A stretch of DNA of 63,756 nucleotides, the filler included, from Chiloscyllium plagiosum (lineage: Eukaryota): NCBI RefSeq assembly GCF_004010195.1. It is 4 parts of 2 records of this genome, joined end to end, with 100 filler letters (N's around TTAATTAATTAA, not from the genome) between each part and the next. Parts side by side here need not be neighbours in the genome. Positions count along the whole stretch, not along the records: positions 1 to 19,938 come from NC_057713.1; positions 20,039 to 43,938 come from NC_057713.1; 2 more parts are not named here. One strand, given 5' to 3'. Positions 12,371-22,959 of this stretch are shown here, piece by piece (position 1 is the stretch's first letter; every line of letters begins with the position of its first letter). The notes beneath the pieces were generated by a model. That model did not search any database. It was given only the letters and a program-made list of their open reading frames with translations, and had not been told where the DNA came from. A program made the translations under genes and the position numbers.

Positions 12371-12626
12371 CTGTTTTAATGCAAAATATTCCCTTAGATT
12401 AAATAGGTCGCATCGAGTTTAAAATAGAATGAATTACACATGCCCTGGAGCAGTGGAGGGTGCATACATGAGGATCAGTGGTCGGCACAACATCGTGGGC
12501 TGAAGGGCCTGTTCTGTGCTGTACTGTTCTATGTTCTAACTGTTTTAATGCAAAATATTCCCTTAGATTAAATAGGTCGTATTGAGTTTAAAATAGAATG
12601 AATTACACATGCCCTGGAGCAGTGGA
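12283..12626. repeat. Tandem duplication of about 175 bp covering a LINE tail plus flanking DNA
   Basis: 12283-12457 repeated at 12459-12626; differs by one 7-bp tail unit and two substitutions. Confidence 0.9.
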
Positions 12627-12742
12627 CTGCATGGCCTTCTGTTGATCCTTGATTTCTGTTATTATTATTTATAGAATTAACCATGAAGATGTATTTCAGT
12701 GAGTACCCCATACAGTCAAATAATTCAGGATTATGTTCAGGA

Positions 12743-13056
12743 TGGAACAGTGGTTCAGTGGTTAGCACTACTACCTCATAGGTTCAATCCCACCCTTGGG
12801 CGCCTGTCTGTGTGGAGTTTGCACATTTCCCTTGTGTCTGCATGGGTTTCCTCCCAGAGACCAACGATGTGCAGGTTAGGGTGGATTTACCATGCTAAAT
12901 TTCCCATGGTGTCTAGGAACGTGCAGGCTAGGTGGGTTAGCCATGAGAAGTGCAGGGTTACAAGGATAGAGTCAGAGCCTGGCTGGGATGCTCTTTGAAG
13001 GGTTGATGTTGACTTGATGGGCTGAATGGCCTGCTTCCACATTGTAGAGATTCTAT
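12743..13056 (+). mobile_element. HE1-like SINE (older subfamily)
   Basis: gtggttcagtggttagcact..tgtggagtttgcacatttccc..gggctgaatggcctgcttccac. Confidence 0.82.
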
Positions 13057-13589
13057 GCTTACAGCCTTTGAAGCTAACTTATACACAGGGCTATATGTTA
13101 TAGCTAATGGCATTGCTCCCTATTTCAGCTAATTTACAACCCATCCACTAATGTAGTTAAAATTGGACCCATATATACTATACGCCAGTTTAACTCATCT
13201 CACAGGGAAAACCTTTCCTGGCAATGCAAACTTATTTTTTTTTCCAATTTCCTGTGCAAGGGAGAGTTTAATTATCAAGTGAAATTGTTTATCATTGATA
13301 CCACAGAGTGAAAACAACCAGAATAGCATTGATTAATGGACGAATACATCACTGGTCTAAGCATTCCCAAAGATGTAGATCCAGCTCCAGAAAGAGCTTA
13401 CAAATGTCACCACATAACCGATTTTCAACTGCCCACCGTCATTTTATAGAAAGTAGTTGTGCAAATTAAGTACACTATCTTACGGAATTCTGAAAGATAT
13501 TGATTTATTCATTTCAGCAACAAGGAACTGCTTAATTTCAGTGTGGTACAAAGGTCTCTGTTGGGAGATTGTTATTCATCACATTTACT

Positions 13590-14110
13590 GACAACTTAGG
13601 TGATGAGATAGAAAACCACATTTCCAAATTTGTTGATTGAAGATAATCAAATTGAATTTGAATATAGTGGAAAGGCTAGTGGAATTCTGGTCTTTATGTT
13701 GGAAGTCCAGAATACAGGAGGATAGATGTCATGCCTCAGCTACAGACCAATCCTGGAGCAGTTTGGATTGTTTTGGCCACCCAACATTGGAAGGAAGTAT
13801 TGGCCTTCGAGGGATTTCAACATAGACATGTCAGAATCTCGCCTGGATTCCAAGGGTTAAATTACCATGAGAGATTAAATACACTTGAGTTATATTCCCA
13901 GAAATTTAGAAGATTAAGTGGTGATTTGGTTGAAGTTTCAAGATTTTAAGAGGAACATAAGAGGGCAAATTAAGACAAGCCATTTCCAATTAGTTGAGAA
14001 TTCTTGTAATAGGTAGCATAGTCAAACATTCAGTGTTACAGGAGTTAAATTAAGAATAAAGAGTGGAACACAACTTCACAACCACAATCAATGCCAAATC
14101 AGTTGTTATT
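13590..14110 (+). mobile_element. Old CR1 fragment
   Basis: LNYHERLNTLELYSQKFRRLSGDLVEV; SKFVD. Confidence 0.65.
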
Positions 14111-14442
14111 TTGATTTAAGGCAATAGCCACCAAATACATTTTATTTTTAAAAAGTGGTTGCCCTGAAGATTTACTGAGTATTCTTTACCTGATGTTGAG
14201 TAACGTGGCTGGGAATGTGATTAAAACCCATGGCAATTTGCCTGCAGCTAAAGTTTATGTCAGTGAATATGAATTTATTCAAGGCAAATGAAGATGTAGA
14301 GAGCATTCCATTGGACAAATGAAAGTCTTTTCTATGAGAATTTGGCAAATAGAACTTTTGGTAATTTTATGACCTATTGTCTCTTTATTTACCACTTTGC
14401 TTCCTCCTTCCAATGTAAAGATATTGCCTTTGGAATACCCAT

Positions 14443-14665
14443 GCTGAAAATGTGTTGCTGGAAAAGCGCAGCAGGTCAGGCAGCATCCAAAGAGCAGGAG
14501 AATCAACGTTTCGGGCATGAGCCCTTCTTCAGGAGCCATTCTTGAAGAATGACTCATGCCCGAAACGTTGCTTCTCCTGCTCCTTGGATACTGCCTGACC
14601 TGCTGCGCTTTTCCAGCAACACATTTTCAGCTCTGATCTCCAGCATCTGCAGTCCTCATTTTTTC
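14443..14665. mobile_element. PLE family A near-perfect fold-back element with hammerhead motifs on both strands
   Basis: Arms 14443-14535 and 14540-14631; TSD cctttggaata(c/g)ccatg at 14427-14443 and 14666-14682. Confidence 0.87.
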
Positions 14666-14901
14666 CCTTTGGAATAGCCATGGCCTGTATGTAAATTTCA
14701 GCAGCTGAAAACATTTGTGCCAAATCCTTAACAAAACAGTGGACAATGAAATTCCTGCCAAAGGGCAGAATACAATTCCACTGAGGGGAGTATTGTATAA
14801 AGTTATTGTTTATGTTACATTAGCTGGACCCATTCTACTGATCTCACCAACAGTCTATGGGCACTGACAAAGAGTTCTTCTCTGGCTTTCAGAAGGAACA
14901 G

Positions 14902-15000
14902 ATGATCTGGAAATCAGAAACAAAATCAAAAATTGCTGGAAAAGCTCAGTAGGTCTGGCAGTATCTGTGGAAAGAAGGCAGAGTTAATTTTTGGGTCCTG
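14902..15000 (-). mobile_element. PLE family C terminal-repeat fragment
   Basis: ctggaaatcagaaacaaaa..gctggaaaagctcagtaggtctggcagtatctgtgga..cagagttaa; homologous to 37772-37935 and 45604-45695. Confidence 0.65.
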
Positions 15001-15377
15001 ACATCCTAGTAATTATTCCTGACCAAATATAATTTCACATTACTATTATGCAATAAGTCTTCTAGTTATCTAAGAACATTGCCTCTTCTGTAGATAAATC
15101 TTCTATCTCTAATTACTTGATAAGCCCAAAACAACGCAATGATAAAGGAGAGTTGGCAACAGTGAACTATCTCAAACAACTCTTACCCAGCAACATATAC
15201 CAGCTTGCAAGTATCACAAATGACCAGAAGTGGTCTTCTCTGTGACTACCACAAGAAGGGGAACAAAATTGGGTTGAATTCTGTCCCATAACATTTCTAC
15301 ACCATTTGAGATTTCATGGTCAACAACGATGGCAGTTCATCTATGAATTTTAAACCTGTCATTCTCAGTGCTAGCAG

Positions 15378-15920
15378 GTTGTGTGCAGCTTTGGCCTCCT
15401 GGTCTGCTGAAGGACATTCTTATTATTGAGGGAGTCTGGCTAAGGTTCACCAGATTGATTCCGGGGTTGGCAGGGCTGACAGATGAGGAAAGACTGGGCT
15501 TGATCTCACTGGAATTTAGAAGAATGAGAAGGGATCTCAGAGAAACATATAAAATCCTGATGGGATTGGACAGGCTCGATGCAGGAAGTCTGTTCCCAAT
15601 GTTGGGGAAGCCCAGAGCCAGGGGGGGTCACAGTTTAGGAATAAGGGGTAAGCCATTCAGGACTGAGATGGGGAAGAACTTCTTCAGTCAGTGAGTTATG
15701 AGCCTGTGGCATTCTCTCCCACAGGAAGCTGTTGGGCCCAGTTGATTAGATAGATTCAAGAGGGAGCTGGACATGGCCCTTGCAATTAAAAGGATAAAGG
15801 GAAATGGGGAGAAAGTGGGATTGGGATACTGAGATTGTTTGATCAGCAATGTTCATATTGAATGATGGAGCAGGCTTGGAGGGCTGACTGGCCTACTCCC
15901 GCACCTATTACCCATGTTTC
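15378..15920 (+). mobile_element. CR1 LINE 3' fragment
   Basis: CVQLWPP..RFTRLIPGL..EFRRMRRDLRETYKIL..RTEMGKNFFSQ; tail gagggctgactggcctactcc. Confidence 0.85.
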
Positions 15921-16312
15921 TAAACTTTAGTGGTATCGGGTTGCTTGCTACTGGGCTACTCAGAGAATTATATCCATTTTGTCTTTGACATGCCTCGCTG
16001 CAATAATTTGCTTTTGAATCAGAAGGCACCTATAACTGGTTTTGTCAGTTTTACACTTCAGTTCTGTTCAGCTGCAGAAGCAAGACACCATGGATCTTCT
16101 GCACACTTCCAGGAATATACCTCGTTTGTCAAAGACTGTCCATTTCTATTTTGCAAATAATTCTCTTCCTGGAAATTTTTTGGTATCCCAGTTATATAAT
16201 TTGCACACTTACGTAAAGAAACATCGACAATATAGTATAGTCTTGCCTCTAATAAAATTTAAGTGAAAATGTCCATCCTCTTTAAATGCAGACTTCCGAT
16301 AATTCTGCTCAG

Positions 16313-16411
16313 GAATCTGAAACACCAGTTTCACAGGGACAGACTGAATCTGAAACACCAGTTTCACAGGGACAGACTGAATCTGAAACACCAGTTTCAC
16401 AGGAACAGACT
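16313..16411. repeat. 33-bp tandem repeat x3 (gaatctgaaacaccagtttcacagggacagact)
   Basis: Units start at 16313, 16346 and 16379; one mismatch in total. Confidence 0.95.
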
Positions 16412-16466
16412 GAATTCCTCGTAAAAATCAAAGAAGATTTGGTACTGGTTTGTCTTGTGTTGATTT

Positions 16467-17053
16467 AGAACATGGAAATGTCCAGCACAGAATTGGCCCT
16501 TTGGCCCACGATGTTGTGCCAAGGTTTAATCCTAATGTAAAATATAATAACTTAACCTACACACCCCTCAACTCACTGCTGTTCATGTGCATGTCCAGCA
16601 ATCGCTTAAATGTCCCCAATGACTCTGCTTCCACCACCACCGCTGGCAATGCAATCCATACATTCACAACTCTCTGCGTAAAGAACCTACCTCTGACACC
16701 TCCTTTATACCTTCCTCCTAATATCTTCAAACGATGACTCCTCGTACCAGTCAATCCTGCCCTGGGGAAAAGTCTCTGGCTACTGACTCTATCCATGCCT
16801 CTCATTATCTTGTACACCTCGATCAGGTCACCTCTCTACCTCCTTCTCTCCAGAGAGAAAAGTCTGAGTTTATTCAACCTTTCGTCATAAGACAAGCACT
16901 CCAGTCCAGGCAGCATCCTGGAAAAAACCTTCTTTGCACCCTCTCCAAAGCCTCTGTATCTTTCCTATAGTAGGGCAACCAGAACTGGACACAATATTCC
17001 AAGTGTGGTCTCACCAGGGACTTGTAGAGCTGTAGCAAAACCTCACGGCTCGC
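16467..17053 (-). mobile_element. CR1 LINE 3' fragment
   Basis: YKIMRGMDRV..LFPRA..TRSH..FFTQRVVNVW. Confidence 0.88.
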
Positions 17054-17192
17054 GGATTTTCTTTGGAATAATGTGTTCGGTTTTCAACGAGAGCGTTTTG
17101 GTCCAAGGCGACTACAGCTGCTGGAGATCAGAGACAAGCTCAGAGTGGGGCTGGAAAAGCACAGCAGGTCAGGCAGCATCCGAGGAGCAGGA

Positions 17193-17393
17193 AAATCGAC
17201 GTCCCCATCCCCCAGTGAGCAAATCGACATCCCCACCCCCAATGAGCTAATCCACATCCCCATCCCCCAGTGAGGTAATCCACATCCCCATCCCCCAGTG
17301 AGCTAATCCCCATCCACATCCCCCAGTGAGGTAATCCATATCCCCATCCCCCAGTGAGCTAATCCACATCCCCATCCCCCAGTGAGCTAATCC
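17193..17393. repeat. 28-bp minisatellite (taatccacatccccatcccccagtgagc) running into a gap, preceded by a PLE family A fragment (17110-17203)
   Basis: tgag(c/g)taa recurs at 17243, 17271, 17299 and onward with period 28. Confidence 0.9.
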
Positions 17394-19200
17394 NNNNNNN
17401 NNNNNNNNNNNNNNNNNNNNNNNNNNNNNNNNNNNNNNNNNNNNNNNNNNNNNNNNNNNNNNNNNNNNNNNNNNNNNNNNNNNNNNNNNNNNNNNNNNNN
17501 NNNNNNNNNNNNNNNNNNNNNNNNNNNNNNNNNNNNNNNNNNNNNNNNNNNNNNNNNNNNNNNNNNNNNNNNNNNNNNNNNNNNNNNNNNNNNNNNNNNN
17601 NNNNNNNNNNNNNNNNNNNNNNNNNNNNNNNNNNNNNNNNNNNNNNNNNNNNNNNNNNNNNNNNNNNNNNNNNNNNNNNNNNNNNNNNNNNNNNNNNNNN
17701 NNNNNNNNNNNNNNNNNNNNNNNNNNNNNNNNNNNNNNNNNNNNNNNNNNNNNNNNNNNNNNNNNNNNNNNNNNNNNNNNNNNNNNNNNNNNNNNNNNNN
17801 NNNNNNNNNNNNNNNNNNNNNNNNNNNNNNNNNNNNNNNNNNNNNNNNNNNNNNNNNNNNNNNNNNNNNNNNNNNNNNNNNNNNNNNNNNNNNATTGTAT
17901 TTGTTTTGCTAGAGTTTAAAGTATGAGTCGTAATTTTATTAGTTCAGAAATTATTATTTTCTTTCCGATATCATTTTTAAAATGAGGACAAGAATGCAGG
18001 TTCAATTAGTTTACAAATAAGGTGACAATCATAATTTTATCGTTCTTAAGAGGTATCGTGTCTGAAACATTTTACAGCTAAGTAAAACATGAAACAAATA
18101 TGTGAACATTTATTTTAAAATACCAAAATGCTAATGCATGACAACATGAGTAAAATGAACTTTTAAAGTAAATTGGGGTAGTAAAATGATGGTAATGTTT
18201 TACAACTTACAATTTCAAATAATTGCAAGAAAGATATAAGATGCCAGTCAGGCACTGTTTGTATTAAAATTCATGGTAGTTTTCTTTCCAAACATAAGTT
18301 GTTATTCTGTAAGGGGGCTACTCGAGCAATACTGTTGTATTTGCTGCATCACTGTATTTCTATAACAGATTAATGATGTTTGCTCTGTTACTACCTTTTT
18401 GTAAACGATGCAAATTCAATTTTGGGAGAGATCATTGCATATCATTCAGTTTATGGCTTGCTTACTGCCAGCTGTTCCCATTTTCCAAATTTATGTTTTT
18501 TTTATTCCTTTCACCATATGTATTCTGTTATAGAAAGTACTGCTATTTTGAAGATTGTTCCTGAGAAGTGAGAGTAATAGATATACATTTTCAATAAATA
18601 AATAAAGCGCAAGTTAACTTGTAATGAGGTGTATTCATACTTCAGTGTTTAAATGCTATTTATGGATTTTTATACAACATTTCTCTTAAATCACTGAAGC
18701 TGTGCGGTTTAAAAACATTGTGGCTGGAAGAAGGTAGATCTGATGCTGTGTAATGTACAGATCTGATAATTAAAGTACTGCATAAAAATATCTCATGGAA
18801 AGAATATTCAAAACATACATGGGATTAAATTAAACCTTTTTGCTGACAATTACTCCAACAGTGATGTTTTAAAATTCAATTAGAATATACAAATAGAGGA
18901 AGAGTGAGTACAAGCATTTTTTAATCCATTGTAAATGTTACAACCCTCCATTTCACGGCGTTATCATGGTAAGAGATGAAAGCCTCAAGTTGCAGAGGCC
19001 ATTATGTGAACCACCTCATTAAAAAATACAGCTTTCAATATATAGTTTAACCATTTCACCTGTTTATAAGAGGAGTGCTTTGCAAGATGATGTGTTGTAT
19101 AGGAATCCTTGTAAAGTCTATGTGGTCTAGATACAAGTTATTTGCACTATTACTTAACATTATATATAGGTGTTCTTAAAGTGCCAGAATAAATGACCAG

Positions 19201-19531
19201 TGAAATCATTGCACAGAGGCTGGAATCCCATCACCAAGTCACCCTTTATTTACACATGAACAGTTCTTGACTTTAGTTCTAGGAGAAAGTGAGGACTGCA
19301 GATGTTGGAGATTAGAATCAAGAAGGTGATGCTGGAAAAGCACAGCAGGTCAGGCAGCATCCGAGAAGCAGGACGTTCATCCGGCCTCAGACAGAGCCAG
19401 CTACCAGTATCTCTGACACTGCCCTTTTTATCTGTCAGCCAGGGCTCCCTGGCTGCACCAGATTAACAGCTCCAATCAGGGAATTTGTTCTATTATGTCC
19501 AGCTGGCTGACCTCATTACAATCAAATTACA
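19201..19531 (-). mobile_element. Gypsy-type solo LTR with a PLE family A insert (about 19282-19375)
   Basis: Minus strand starts tgtaa and ends atttca; TATA-like gataaaaa and AATAAA (tttatt at 19245) in the expected order. Confidence 0.65.
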
Positions 19532-19789
19532 ATTATAGAAGTGGAATTAGTTGGTTTATGTATTTGCAAGTTAAATAACAATGAAGCATTAAACTAAAGC
19601 GATGGTTAGAGATACATTCTGCACTGCATTCTTTGTATTCCCAAAGTGAACTGTAGGAACATTTGTCTATGTCAATGCATGGTAATTGGAATTGGTACTT
19701 TCTCCCACTGCATCAATGACTTTTTTGTGATTTAAAAAATATTTACTCCAGTTTCCAGCTTCAGAAATTTTAAAGAAAGCTTTAGTAGG

Positions 19790-20212
19790 ACGAAACATAT
19801 AAAGTTAAAAGAGAAAAAGTATAACATAGCAAAGATAAGTGGGAAAACAGAGGACTGGGAAGCTTTTAAAGAACAACAGAGGATTACTAAGAAGGAAATA
19901 TGCAGAGAAAAAATGAGGTACAAAGGTAAACTGGCCAANNNNNNNNNNNNNNNNNNNNNNNNNNNNNNNNNNNNNNNNNNNNTTAATTAATTAANNNNNN
20001 NNNNNNNNNNNNNNNNNNNNNNNNNNNNNNNNNNNNNNCCATAGCTACCCTATTATTCTTACAGATAGCTGAGATCTCCTTACAAATGTGTTTCTCAATT
20101 TCCCTCTGACTATTAGGGGGTCTATAATACAATCCCAATAAGGTGATCATCCCTTTCTTATTTCTCAGTTCCACCCAAATAACTTCCCCGGATGTATTTC
20201 CGGGAATATCCT
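19790..20212. mobile_element. CR1 endonuclease/tether fragments on either side of a gap
   Basis: ELRNKKGMITLLGLYYRPPNS (minus strand); KISGKTEDWEAFKEQQRITKK (plus strand). Confidence 0.8.
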
Positions 20213-20228
20213 TATTCGTATGCGTACT

Positions 20229-20430
20229 TGAGCTTTTATATCATCTGCCTGATGGGCGAGGGTGGAAAAGAGTCTAACCGAGATGGGAGGGGTCTTTGAT
20301 TACATTTGATCACCTTGATTACTGCCTGACCTGCTGTGCTTTTCCAGCACCACTCTAATTGAGGCAGCGGGAAGTGTAGACAGAGTCAATGGATGGAAGA
20401 TTGGTTTGTGTAATGGACCGGGCTGTTCAT
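20229..20430 (-). mobile_element. Probable Rex1/Babar LINE fragment with a small PLE insert
   Basis: Resembles recalled Rex1 3' coding region (ctgcctgatgggcgagggtggaaaagag..gaggcagcgggaagtgtagac); not searched. Confidence 0.45.
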
Positions 20431-22959
20431 GAGGTGAAGAATAATTCCAGCTGAAGAAGTCCTCCACCCCTGTTTGATCCGATCATTCCAAAATGCCAAC
20501 CTGACATTTTTTACCATTATAGCATGTTGTCGTTTGTTCATTTTTTTTGTGACCTAGTCCCAAACTACTTCCTCGGTAATTGTACATATTTATTCACCAT
20601 GTACTCTAAAAAATATAATTTCCTATAAATCTATTTTTGTTACGGTAAGAATATTTGCTATCAAATATTTTGTTGAGTTTTATAATGCTATAATTGGTTG
20701 ACAGTAAGTTTTACTGCGTGTGTATCTGCTTTAGCAAAAAGCATAAAGTATAATTGGTTTTTATAGATCACAATTTAATTGGTCACAATTGTAATTGGCT
20801 AGTCATTTAATCATGTGATTAAGTAGTGTTGTAAAATGATGCTGGCCTCTTTACTGTTCTGAATATTACAATAATGTGTGAATTATGGTGAGGAGGACTC
20901 TTTTCAACAAATTTGAGGACCAAGGGTTTCTAGCCTCCAGGTGATAAAATGAGGGAGACGTTCTCTCCTTCACTGAATGAAACTTTTCTGGTTATTTTTG
21001 GGATCACTCAGAAAGTGATCGACATGGGATTTGCATGTGTGATTGAGACGTGGATCTTAAATTTTCCTTCACAATGGTGAACCTGTTCGCTGTTCTGTCC
21101 TCTGAGAAATAGTGCGAATTTTGTTTCAAAATCATGCTAGGAACCCGGATTGTGTCCCGTCGAGACCAGCCTTAATTGAAGTGTTTGGTCAGAGTGTGAG
21201 AGAAACACTGAAACCTCTGTTTCCTTCTTCACTCTCTGTAATCAGTGTGTGTTTGAAAAGGAAAATGTATATGTTTGTTAACTCCTGCGTGGATAATTTG
21301 AATAACCAGTAGCAAGCTTTTTGTGTGTTTAAATAAAGAAGATTGCTTTGTATATGCTTACACCGAAAATCTAACACTACATCATTCACTCACCAACTCA
21401 AGCACACTCAAGGCAAATACAATTCTAGAGTACAATACACTGTTACAAATTATAGACAAAAGGAACTGTTCATATTAATGTAATTTGCTTGTCCTGGTAA
21501 ACAAATATTGGAGGCCTGGTAAGGAAGGAGTTTTCACTCCTGAACTGTAGTACGTGGCCACAGGGAAGTATGTGGCCATAATCATTGCTGGATTCTCTCA
21601 GTATACTTTCTGCAGATACAAACTTACTTTTAGCCATCATATATTTCCTGGGAATGATATAAATCATTCCTCATCTTTCATTCCCCAGGTCAGGGGCCTG
21701 CAAACTTAATGGAAAGTATAGCCAATTTTATGAAGCATGGCCAAGTTCCATTTATAAAAACTATAATACTGTTACTTGAGAGCCAATAATAACATAAAAC
21801 AAGACAAATACACACATAGATTTACTGACAAACATGAAAAGAGCATGATCAACATTTTAAATAGTTGACTATAAGTTGTTAAATGAATGATGCTTTACAA
21901 TGAGACAACCCAATGACTTAACATCGACTACTTCCTTGAAGAAAATAAATCTCTTACTTTAATGTGATTTCTGGGGGTTGGGGGAGGGGGATGTTGATCA
22001 ATTACCTGGACAATGTGCTGTCATTTTCATTTCAAAGCAGGGCTGTAAACTCTCATCATTCAATCAATTTCTCAATTTTTATGAGACTCATAGTTAAAAA
22101 CAATTGCTCATGCTGGAACTAATCTGTAATCTCAAGCAGCTAGCTAGTGGCATCTGTGGCCAATTTCACTTCTGTTCCTCCTAATCTTTAAAAGCATGTC
22201 TTTCTTTTTGAAGAAAAATCATTTCAGTTTTGTTTTAAAACCCACTGCATGACTCGGGGATTTGATAAAGCTCCCTTTTACACATGGACCCTTCCCTGTG
22301 AATAGCTTCCCTTCTTTCACAATTTCTTCAGCAGTCACAAAGCCAGCCGTTGTTTTAAATAATTTATGCTGCATTTACATTGCGCCATTTTTCTGCCTCG
22401 TTCTTCAGCTCTTGCACCCTTTCTTTCAAGTCTCTCTGGTTAGATCACCTTTGATGGATGTGCTGTGGTTTTTGAGAGATACATCTCAAGGTTTGATTTT
22501 GAGGTATTGACGAGTTTGTTTCTATAAATGAGTCATGGAGGAGGATCGTTGAACTTGGGATTTATGCAAATAAATCATTCCATTCATCTTGAAATTCCTT
22601 AGGTTTCTCTTCATTTCTTATCTTCTTTGTAGCTGTTTCCAAAGCAGCCATAAAACAAGGACGAGAGAATGCTTCTTCTATCTGGCTTTAAACTAAACAT
22701 GGGGGGGGACAGAGAAACAATCCAGTTGCATGGAAAATTAGACTATCAGAGTTAAAGGAGAAGGCAGGATTGTAGATTAGTGTTGGGGCTGGCTGTTCAC
22801 AGAAAATAATCAGATGGGACAGAGTGCGTGAATATCATTTGCATCAAGCAAGCGTTTGCGAGGAGGGAAAGTTGCTAATGGAACAAACTTAAAGGCTTTG
22901 TATCTGAATGCAAGAATCTTTCAGAATAAAATTAATACAATAAAATTAAACACACAAAT

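Noticed and set aside
14443..14665. Fold-back units as miRNA genes or DNA-transposon MITEs
   Set aside because: Arms are asymmetric PLE terminal-repeat sequence with variable-length TSDs, unlike TIR elements with fixed TSDs; no evidence of miRNA processing can be read from sequence
15066..15245. About 60-codon open frame after a ttctAG site (and a similar one at 14154-14290)
   Set aside because: No recognisable homology or consistent donor; length expected by chance
16313..17393. 33-bp and 28-bp periodic repeats as CRISPR-like arrays
   Set aside because: Contiguous tandem units with no unique spacers; eukaryotic context with no cas genes
19983..19994. TTAATTAATTAA palindrome embedded in N runs (also 43983-43994 and 60964-60975)
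   Set aside because: Identical 12-mer centred in three same-format gaps, with stops in all six frames; an assembly linker, not biology
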